A stretch of DNA of 64,000 nt, from positions 4,406,590-4,470,589 of the forward strand of contig NC_057752.1 of the NCBI RefSeq assembly GCF_004010195.1, written 5' to 3'. Made by a program: the position numbers and the translations under genes. Position 1 is the stretch's first letter; the number at the start of each line of letters is the position of its first letter. The notes beneath the pieces are model-generated. The model ran no database searches. It was not told where the DNA came from and saw only the letters and a program-made list of their open reading frames with translations. The stretch is from Chiloscyllium plagiosum (taxonomy: Eukaryota). Shown in pieces: positions 54,022-64,000 of the stretch.

Positions 54022-55433
54022 TCAAAAGTAAAAGACAGAGGGTGGTAGTGGAGAGTTGTGTTTCAGACTGGGGGGTCTATGACCAGTGCTGTCACAAGGA
54101 TCAGTCCTGGGTCCACTGCTTTTCGTCATTTATAGAAATGATTTGGACGTGAACACAGGAGGTATCATTAGTAAGTTTGCAGATGACACCAAAATTGGAG
54201 GTGTAGCGTACAGTTAAGATTACCTCAGGAGTACAATGGGATTTTGATCAGATGAGCCAATGGGCTGAGAACCAGCAGATGGAGTTCAATTTAGATAAAA
54301 GTGAGGTGCTGCATTTTCGAAAGGTAAATCAGGGCAGGACTTGTACACTTAAATGGTAAGGTCCTGGGGACTGTTGCTGAACAAAGACATTGGAGTGCAG
54401 GTTCATAGTTCCTTGAAAGTGGAGTCACAGGTAGATAGAATAGTGAAGGTGGCATTTGGTACGCTTTCCTTTATTGGCCAGTACATTGAGTATAAGAGTT
54501 GGGAGGTCATGTTGCAGCTTTACAGGATATTGGTTAGAACACTTTTAGAATACTGTGTGCAATTCTGATCTTCCTCCTATTAGAAGGATGTTGTGAAACT
54601 TGAAAGGGTTCAGAAAAGACTTACAAGGATGTTGCAGGGTCAGAGGGTTTGAGCTACAGGGAATAGGCTGGGGCTATTTTCCCTGGAGTGTCAAGAGGCT
54701 GAGGGGTGACTCTATAGAGGTTTATAATATCATGAGGGGGTAAATAGACAAAATAATTTCCCTGGGGTGGGGGAGTCCAGAACTAGAGGACATAGGTTAA
54801 GGGGTCCCTTTTATATCCTTCCTCTTTCACCCTAAACCTTGAGGGGCAACCTTTTCACAGAGGGTGGTGCGTGTGTGGAATGAGCTGTCAGAGGAAGTGG
54901 AGGAGGCAGGTACAATTCGAGCATTTAAAAGGCAGCTGGATGGGTATATGAATAGGAAAGGTTCAGAGGAATATGGACCAAGCACTGGCAAATGGGACTA
55001 GGTTAGGTTAGGATATCTGGTCAGCATGGACGAGTTGGACCAAAGGGTCTGTTTCTGTGCTGTACATCGGACTCTACAGGCTGCTTGAATAACCCACTAC
55101 TCCACACTGCTTGAATTGCAAATGCTGCAAAATTTGTGCTTTCAGATATAAACAAATGCAGGTAAGACGACACTATTTTAAAAGCAATGCAAAGTGCTTC
55201 TGACTATATACTACGCTAATGAGTTTCCAGAGGTTTGTAAGATGAACAATTATTTTAGTGGTTAGAATAAAGTTGTACATCACTAAAAAGCAAATGGCTG
55301 TGCTGGATTTCAGTAGGATAACCAAACATATTACATCATCTTGAATATTCCCATTTCTACTGCAAAATGTTTGCACTATTTTTATCCCAGTTCATTTATC
55401 CCGAAGACTGTGGGTACATTTAGACTCACTAAC

Positions 55434-55677
55434 CTTTCCCTTGGCTGCTTAACCCCTTTAATCCCTCTTTCTTGATCCTCTATTTGCCGCTGATATTTTT
55501 CTTGCTCTTTTTTCAATCTCTCCTCAACCTCGCGTTCTTTAGCTGTTGTGTCGACTGGTTTGGCAGCCCCAAATATGGATGCAGATCTTCCAGATGACTG
55601 CGCTGGAGGAGCTCTGACAACTTCTTCTTTTGGAATGCTGCGAGGTTTGAGGTTCAGTTTAGGTCTCTGCATGGAAC
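55434..55677 (-). CDS. EIF4B: EIF4B coding exon
   Basis: tcaatag|GT...AG|gttagt; 244 nt, SMQRPKLNLKPRS...SIFGAAKPVDTTAKEREVEERLKKEQEK, the eIF4B/eIF4H-family signature. Confidence 0.97.
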
Positions 55678-56409
55678 CTATTGATATAATTTCATAAAAC
55701 ATAAGTTAAAATGCTGCACTATTCCAAATTCACTCAAGAAATCATTGACCCAAGAGCCCAAATCAGAAGCATTTGGCCATATTTTATATTCCTTTATCAC
55801 TAATCTATTACCTTAATTTAAAAAAGTCAAGATTTATTTGTAGTTAGAAGCTACATCAGAAGATACAAAAAATATTGCATACAAGAAAGGAATCTGTTCA
55901 GGCAATTAACTGGAGACTGTGTTGAGGCAAGATATTTATTTGCTAACTGCTTCAGAAACAAACTGCTTTTCAGATCAACAATGTACTGTTGAGTCTCAGT
56001 ATGATGTGATCTTTAGCATGGTGATAATCTCACATGTAGAACACAACTGGGGTAGGAATCAGAGTAATGGAGATGCACTAAATTACTGAAATGACAATTT
56101 TGTCCCAAAATTTGTAAGCAATTTTTCTAACTTTGCTGGAGTAGTATAGTTTCTAAATTGCAGCACGAAAAATAAAAATAAAATTGAGAAAACAGCATCT
56201 ACTGAGGCAGAAGTGAGAGAGATAAGTTAAATGGACCCACTGACATTAGTGCATAAAACATCTACTCATAAAATGACACATTCAGGCAAGTTCAACATTT
56301 ATCTTTAGCAAAAGCTCACTGCAACTGAGAAAGGCTCAAAATGCAATGAGTTATTCAAAGGGTATTGAAAAAAAAATTAAAACATTTACTTTAGCAAGAC
56401 ATCAGTTAC

Positions 56410-56595
56410 CTCTATCTTCCTGCCTCATTTCATCTCTTGAACCATAGTCACTTCTCCGTTCATCTCTTCTATCAAAGCGGTCAAAGCCATCACTGTAGCG
56501 GTCACTATAACGATCACCACCACCTCTGAAATCATCACTCCGCTTGTCATCATAATTATCTCTTCTGAAGCCACTGCCAAACACACGCCGGGAGC
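56410..56595 (-). CDS. EIF4B: EIF4B coding exon (DRYG region)
   Basis: ttttctag|GC...G|gtaact; 186 nt, SRRVFGSGFRRDNYDDKRSDDFRGGGDRYSDRY...QEDR. Confidence 0.95.
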
Positions 56596-56694
56596 CTAGA
56601 AAACAATTGAATCGGCTGAGATACTTTTCACTAATAAAAATATAGAACTTTTAGAAATGTACTTGCCTTGAGTTCTATTTCTTATTTGCCTACA

Positions 56695-57070
56695 TCACAA
56701 GAAGCTTGACACCATCCAGAATAAAGCAGCTCATCTGATTGATATCCCATGCGCTATCTTCAACATTCACACACAGTGGAAGCAGCGTACATCATATATA
56801 ATATGCACTGCAGTAACTCAAGGCTCGAGTTGGCATCTTCCAAACCTGCAATTTGATCTCCAAGTCACTCACTATCCTGACTTGGAAATATATCACCCTT
56901 CCTTCACTGTTTCTGGGTTATATCCTGGAACTCCCTGGCAGTGTACCCATAGTACATGGACTGCAGCTGTTTAAAGGATGTTCACCATTGCCTTCTCCAG
57001 AACAATTAGGGAGAGGAGCAAAAATACTGGCTGAGTCAGTGATGCCAACATCCCAAGAGCAAATAAAAAC
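56695..57070 (+). mobile_element. Older CR1/L2-group LINE 3' fragment
   Basis: aagcttgacaccatccagaataaagcagc and tail as at 3641-4215. Confidence 0.55.
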
Positions 57071-58866
57071 AATTCACTTATGAAAGCAAAAAACACCTTT
57101 ATACTCACTAACATAACCAACACAATTTGTTAATTCACTGTCCTCAGTGAACCTTATTTATTTTTCATTAATCTCAGTAGAATATACATTTCTGCAGAAT
57201 GCCTAATTTGCAGGAAAATTCTAAGCATTGATCACATTTACACAATCTGCTACACTTGTGGAATAAATAGCACCCAATATTTCAAAATATTGTATATTCC
57301 CTTATACTGTAAAAAGGATACTGTCCCAAGAAATGTTTAAAAAAAAGTTGAGATGTTAAGGGGTTAACAGTTACTGCTGAGTAATCAGTCGAGCAATTAC
57401 AATGACATGCACCAAGCCAGATGGCATATCCAGATTCTCTTTAATCAATAGGAGTATTTTGTGAACAAGAGTATATTGATAAACAGTAGCAATCTCAACA
57501 ATAGAGTGCTACACTCCTGCACTAAGTTAGCAATATATTACAACATTGGTCAGAATTTCCCCAGTATGTTAAAAACATCCACTGGCTAGAGTGTATTTTT
57601 CTTTTTAAAATCATAGGAGAATGGACTTCCGTCAAATCAGATATTTCTATGCAGTTCACACCATATGAGGACTGAAAATTAACCTTCCCACCTCCAGACA
57701 GCCAAACATTCACAGGATAGTAGAAAGCTTCTCTCTCATGCTCTAAGATACAAGACTAGCCTGAACAAAGACTCAGGGAATATTGTTTTGTTTATAAATA
57801 TTCTTGGCGTAGAACCTTAAAGAACCCCAAAGGTGCATTCAAGCTCCCTGCTCGAATTATACCATTTCCTTTTGTTTGCGCGGATTTTTCAGATTCAAAA
57901 ACGAAAAACAGATAGAAAGTCTAGCTAAAAATAAGACCTAAAATCTGTACTAGTCTCTCCCAAAACTCATTCAGAACTGCAAGGCCTGGCTCTGAAAGTT
58001 AAATGAAAGGCCAACCTCTTTCTCAATATAAAAAGAGCGAAAAAAAAACATCATCTGTGGCAAAACTTTTAAGACATTGTGACGGGAAGCATGGTTAACA
58101 GTGCTGACAGTACAACAAAACGGATTTCCGAAGTTAATACAAGTGACTTCAAGAAAAGATCATGCAACTTATGGGGATGCTGAAAGGGACTTTTGTGAAC
58201 AAAAACTAAACACACATATCCAAATTATGAAAGGAAACTCTTGCCAATGTATCTACTGTAAATAGCCTATAGCTAAAAATTAATAAAATTAAATTCAAAT
58301 GGGAGAAAAAAAAAAAATCACGTGGTCTGGTCTGTACCCACATTCATATTCCAATGGCCAGTGGGTTTTTAGAGCAGTGTAGATTGGAGTTGCATGTCAA
58401 CACCATGCAGAATACCTGACACAGCAGAGTCAGTGGGATTTGCCTGGGAAATTGAGACTTCTGATGGACAATTCCCCTGCGCCCCCCCACCCCTCCCCCC
58501 CAAACAACCAAATCACCCGTCTGGAACCCTACCCATTGACACACACATTTCCTCAGTCACTGTCAAAAGGTCCTCTGGGACCTTGTAACTCCTGAAGTAT
58601 GTGCCACCAAGTGTCATTAAGGAAAGGGACACATCTTGGCCTGCAGCACTACCCTCATGCTGAGTGGATTGGGTCCTAATTTCTTCTAATGGACACATTC
58701 AAAACAGGCCAGACTTGGAATCTTGGCCAGAAAAATTGATGACAGGTAGGTGGGCTGTTTTAAAGATAATTACCATTGAATGAATCTGTTCCAACAGTAT
58801 AGCCATACTATTGCTTTCATAAGTTTTGAAAAGTACATATCGCAAACTGCACTTCGAAATCCAATA

Positions 58867-59025
58867 CAGAGGAAACTCTATTATCCAAAAGGACACGGGC
58901 AGGAAGTATTTCGTTCAGTTAGTGGAATGCCGAATAACAGTTAGACACGCACTGGGACCTTGCGATCTTGCTCGGATGATCCGAAGTTTGGTTAATCGAA
59001 TGCCAGATAAATCGAGGTTCCTCTG
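58867..59025. mobile_element. Tc1/mariner (Tigger/pogo-type) MITE, 159 bp
   Basis: TA|CAGAGGAAACTCTATTATCC ... GATAAATCGAGGTTCCTCTG|TA: terminal inverted repeats flanked by TA duplications. Confidence 0.75.
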
Positions 59026-59269
59026 TAGAGAGCAACCTGTTTTTGAGTACTGCAATAAATTAGTAACTCAGACAAACCTTTCAATGCTTGGAAAAACTCA
59101 AAAGGTGAACAAAGGCAAGACTTGTACTGGTAATGATAGGGCTCAAAGCATCTTTCCTTTAAAATTTTCAAAAACACAGGTTGCAGCTTGCTTTGCTGCA
59201 CTCCTGGGTCTTAATGTAATGCACTCAAGAGTGCTTGAAAAATGATTATTTATCAGCACTGACTATAAT

Positions 59270-60422
59270 CAGTAAAGTTAGATCACATGGGATTCAGGGA
59301 GAGCTTGCCAATTGGATACAAAATTTGTTTGACAGTCGAAGAGAGAAGGTTGTTTGTCGGACTGGAGGCTTGTGACCAGCGGTGTTCTGCACGAATTAGG
59401 GCTGGGTCAACTGTTTCCCATTTATATAAACAATTTGGATGATAATTCAGAAAGCATGATTAGTAAGTTTGCAGATGGCACCAAAATTGATGGTATAGTA
59501 ATGTGAAGAAGATTATTTCAGATGATGACGGGGGGGAAGGAAGTGTCCTGGGTGGGATGCAATGCAGAGGGTCAGTGTGGACTCAATGGTCTGAAGCTCC
59601 TGCCTCCATATTGTACGGATTTTAGGATTATACGAATTGGGGTTTAGTTTGGATAGATCAGAGGTGTTGCATTTTGGTAAGGTGAACAAAGGCAAGACTT
59701 GTACTGGTAATGATAGAGCTCTGATAGTGTTGTTGAACAGAGAAATCTGGAGATGAAGGTACATAGTTAGATAGCTAGTTCATTGAAAGTTGCATCACAG
59801 GTAGACTGTATGGTAAAGGTAGCATTTGGCATGCTTGCCTTCATTGTTCAGATAATTGAGAATGAAACATAGTGTTGCGATTGTACAGGACATTGGTGAG
59901 GCCACTTTTGGAGGACACATACAGTTCTGGTCACCCTGCTATAGAAACTGATATCATTAAAGCAGAGAGGGTGCAGAAAAGATTTACAAGGATGTTACCA
60001 GGACTGGACGGTTTGAGTTATAAGGACAGGCTGGGACTTTTTCCCCCTGGAGTGTAGGAGGTTGAGGGGTGACCTCTTAGAGGTTTTATAAAATCATAAT
60101 GGGCATTGATACGGTAAATAGCAAGATCTTTTCCCTGAGATAGTTCAAAACTAGAGCGCATAATTTTAAAAATGGAGAGGAGAAAGATTTTAAAAAGGGA
60201 CAATGTTTTCACACAGACTGCACCTGTGCATTGAAATGCCAGAGGAAGTGGTAGATGCAGGTACAGTTACAACATTCAAAAGACATTTAGATCGGCACAT
60301 GAACAGGAAAGGTTTAGAGGGATAGTGGTCAAACGCAGGCAAATGGAACTAGTTCAGTTTGGAAAACTTAGTCAGCACGGACCAGTTGGACTGAAGGATC
60401 TGTTTCTGTGCTGTCTGACTAT
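59270..60422 (+). mobile_element. CR1 RT-to-3' fragment
   Basis: agtaagtttgcagatggcacc (SKFADGT), LRLYRTLVRPLLE, ERVQKRFTRMLPGL, 3' UTR. Confidence 0.85.
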
Positions 60423-61062
60423 CTGGTTCATAAATAGGAAACCCATTTGCTTAAGGTAATACAAAAGCAAATAATAGGCATAGAGAAAAGTACAGCACAG
60501 AACAGGCCCTTTGGCCCACGATGTTGTGCTTAAACAAAATTAGCCAATTTACACAGATTGCTTAACATCAAAAAATTAAGTGCATTGCTTCTTTAGCACA
60601 GAACTGACAAAATGATGCAGTATTCTAGTCAGAAGGCATTGCTAGTTCCACTGCTGGAACTGACCACATGTAACTATACCTGACAAAGCATTTAACAGAA
60701 GAACCAACAATACAAAATTGAAAATTTGAGTCCTTTTCAAAGATATATATATATATAAAACAATAATTTACAATATAGAAACTTCTGCTGACATTCAACA
60801 TTGTTAAGCAGAGTGGGATGCTGAGATTTTTCCTAAAGATTTTGACTAGCATTTCCAGTGATATTAATAAGCAATCAAAGTTAATTGGCACAATCCTAAT
60901 TTAGACTGCTTGCACGTTTATGCTCAAATTAAATACCCTAAACAATGAAGGTGATTGCTTTTCAATATTTATTCATCACTGTGCATCCAGTGATTCACAA
61001 AGTACTGGGAAGGCAGGTGCTTCACTGGCTACGCTATAGCTGTTAAGCATTAGTGAACATAC

Positions 61063-61161
61063 CTCTGTCATACCCACGATCCCTGAAACCATCATCCCTG
61101 TATCTGTCTCCATCTCGACGAAGACCATCCCGGTCACGGGACTCGTAACGGTCCCTAGTTC
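61063..61161 (-). CDS. EIF4B: EIF4B coding exon (start of DRYG region); upstream exons lie outside the window
   Basis: gttttgcag|GA...G|gtatgt; 99 nt, TRDRYESRDRDGLRRDGDRYRDDGFRDRGYDR; phase 1 at both ends. Confidence 0.9.
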
Positions 61162-61914
61162 CTGCAAAACACCGTACCAGAAATGTTAAGCATTACAAGA
61201 AATCATACAACCAAAATAATGCACACCTTTAAAATGAAAAAAAAATCCTCCAAACTGTATGCGCTACATGCAACAACACACTTGTGTTAAACACACATTC
61301 GTGAAGTAGGTGATTGACAGTAGTAGTACTAATAAGGGTGAGCTTCACATTGAAAATGGGAAAACATTGCTAGCGCTGTGAGCAGCCGGGTCCTATTTTA
61401 TATCATACATTTTTGAATAATTTTAAAATTTGTTTTAGCAGACTAACAGAAAACAAACCAAGGTACTTTATAAAATGAAGCATGCACCCAAGGGTGGCGA
61501 GGTGAGAAAGAGAAAAGGAGAGGATAATCTAACAGATTCTGAAATAAAGCCACAGAGATATTCTTTCAAGAGAATTGTTCAGAGGCAGTTCCAAAAAGCC
61601 AAACAACACAGTAATGATGATACTTTGAAAAGATGCAGAGAGCTAAACACTAAACACACACAAAAAGGCCAAAAGAAATGCAGATGCTGGAAATCAGAAA
61701 CAAAAACAGAAATTACAAAATAAAAACAGTCGTGATGATGGTGGATATTGTTGCCAATCATAAAAGGTGCTGTTGAGAAATAAATAATTATCATTGAAGT
61801 CAGACTTGGCTTTGGCCAGGGTAGTCTCAACGGTGAAAGTAGGCCTGAAACTCAACTGGATGAAAGCAAACAATGGAAATGCTGAGTTTTAATATATTTA
61901 CTGCTAGATTAGGA

Positions 61915-62215
61915 AGTGGCAGTGGTCTAGTGGTACCACTAGACTAATAATCCAGGCTAACGATCTGGGGACATGATTTCAAATCCACCATTTTAAATAG
62001 TGAAATTTCAATTTAACAGAAATATGGTATTAGAAGCTAGACTAATGGCAAACCCATTGTTGATTGTTATAAATACCCATCTCCTTCACCAATATCCTTC
62101 AGGGAAGGAGACCAGCCTATGACGACTCCAGATACACAATAAAGAGTGCCTTCTGAAATGGCCCAGTCATTCAGTTCCAGGGTAACAAATGCCAGCTGAC
62201 ACCCACATCCCATTC
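61915..62215 (+). mobile_element. Decayed Deu-SINE (SacSINE1-like)
   Basis: tRNA-like head (gtggtctagtggta...ttcaaatcc), Deu-like tccttcagggaagga...gactccaga, tail cacccacatccc. Confidence 0.55.
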
Positions 62216-63686
62216 AAGGTCAAGGGTGCCTGAAGGAAAAGGACTATTAACTGTCACCTAAAATTGAGTCCAGAGTGGAAGTCAATCGCCCAGACATTAA
62301 AAGGATTTGTGCATCAGGAATTAATAAGTTTGCTATAAGTTTTCTCAAACTGTGAAGGAAAACGTACAGCAGCGTCACACACTTGCATCACTCATGTCAC
62401 CTTCAGTTGATCCAGACTCAGCAGCATATTGTTTCAAATCCTCTTGATTACAAAAGACTTTTTCACAGTTGTAAGAAACCAACTGTAATCTTGACATTTT
62501 GTTCGAATGTTTCAGGGTTTTAGAAAGCATTTACACACAAAAGGCAGCAAAGTGGAGTTGATCAGATCAACCATAATCTCACCAAATGGCATAGCAGACT
62601 CAACGGACTGAATGACCTGCTTCTGTTCCTATATTGCTAGTATTTTCCTGATGGGTTTCTCAGAAGGAGCAGAAAAGACGTCCTCCCAGACCAAGCCATC
62701 ACACATGTTGAAATTTAGCCAACACATACTTCAAGTTTGCAAACTCTGTACTGTTCTGACATTTTGAATGTTGAAATGTACATCACATTTTTCCTGCTAC
62801 AGAGAATAGTACTCCCTTAGCAGGGCACTGGAACTTTATTCTCTACTTCCAACACATCTTTAGTTCTTAACTCTTCATTACCCTTTCACTAATGCCATGA
62901 TACTCCACTCACCTAGCATCATTAAAGAAATGTTGCCAATTGTCCGTCTGAAATATCACTAACATATTTATGCAGATGCTTCAATCTAAGTTCTGTTGAG
63001 CACTGCCGTGACATAACTTTTTAAACAAGATGACACATGGTGAAAAACATTAAAAGCTTCGCAGAATTATACGGCAGCGATTTATTTTTCTGCTAATAAT
63101 TCTCAACATCCAGCAGATTTTAAGTGACAGCAGAATCAAAAGGCTGAATTAATAACATTGCCAATTTGTTACCTTAGCTATACTTCATAATATTCTTTTA
63201 TTTGGAAAAGGCTTTAAAATCCAAGAACATCATACACAAAGTTTGTGACTTGAAAGGACATCTATAAGCAGTAAATTAAAATTTTGATAACAATTAACTT
63301 CTGAAGTACAGTAAAGCCAAACTTCATCCAAGGGGGAGGGAAAGGTTATCCAGAACCAGAAGAGTATGCTATTTTTAGATTGGTTAGATTTTTGTTTTGT
63401 AAAATGTCTATATCCTTCAGCTATAGATCTTTTCCCCCATTGCCTTCTCACCTTCTTTGCAAACAGTATTTGCTGGTGCTGACAAAATAAAAAAGCACAA
63501 GTCAAGGTGAGTGATGTTAGAGGCTGCAAATGTATGAAAAGCTCCCAAGCCACAGTCAGGTAATGCTCCCTCACCTACACCCAGGTCCAAATCAGAATGT
63601 TTCTTTTGCACAAGTTTAATTTTCCACACTAGCCTTCAGTATACCTTTGGTGTGAAGCTGCATTGTGCATACGGGCTGACGCTTAC

Positions 63687-63889
63687 CTGCAATTTCACTC
63701 ACGACTCCACACAACAGGAGAGGGGGCGGGGTGATGGTGTCGAGATAGAGCGAGCTCGAGAGAGAAAGCAGAGCGAGCTCGAGAGAGAAAGCGAGTGAAA
63801 GAGGAGAAAAGGAAAGACGAGAGAGATCTAGCTCTTCTGATGCCCAACACTACAGGAGAAAGGACAGCACGCTAAACCATCGCCTTAAC
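63687..63889 (-). other. EIF4B: Candidate alternative (poison) cassette exon in an EIF4B intron
   Basis: Donor CAG|GTAAGC after 63687; acceptors tttacag| (exon start 63889) or tcctttctcctgtag| (exon start 63849); CpG- and CU-rich; introduces stops in the required frame. Confidence 0.5.
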
Positions 63890-64000
63890 CTGTAAAGCCA
63901 TTAAATAATCTTATGAACTCACTGTCCCCAAACGAATCTTCCATCCTTCTTAATGGATAATCATCGTTGCTATTACTTGATGGCCTAGCTCTCCAATCAG

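Larger units (their letters stand above)
53325..55075 (+). mobile_element. CR1 RT-to-3' fragment carrying two nested insertions and a micro-inversion
   Basis: [39 protein letters not shown]; interrupted at ~53500-53735 (another CR1 3' end) and ~53794-54021 (PLE). Confidence 0.88.

Noticed and set aside
1..64000. Prokaryote-type systems (CRISPR arrays, operons, defence islands)
   Set aside because: The sequence is spliceosomal-intron-containing vertebrate DNA; no regularly spaced repeat-spacer array or operon-like ORF density was seen.

Overview
Eukaryotic, repeat-rich vertebrate DNA. The repeat landscape (HE1-type V-SINEs, HER1/CR1 LINEs, Deu-SINE remnants, Penelope-like elements) points to a shark or other elasmobranch. 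Two intron-containing housekeeping genes lie in tandem on the minus strand. The first is the 3' half of EIF4B (9 coding exons from 61161 down to the stop at 44660; its 5' exons lie beyond 64000). The second is the complete 3-exon PYM1/WIBG gene (ATG 31433, stop 21238, 197 aa, CpG-island promoter). Exon phases were checked by hand and splice in frame. Most of the rest is decayed CR1 LINEs, SINEs, a Gypsy LTR remnant, a Tc1/mariner-type MITE and several Penelope-like elements (PLEs). The PLEs are inverted-repeat insertions, several with 11-13 bp target-site duplications (TSDs), carrying minimal hammerhead-ribozyme motifs. The most interesting observations are a candidate NMD 'poison' cassette exon in an EIF4B intron (63687-63889), a near-intact hammerhead core at 53899-53933 plus related motifs from at least three PLE families, and possible X-linkage inferred from human 12q13 synteny. 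Repeat boundaries are approximate, read by eye.
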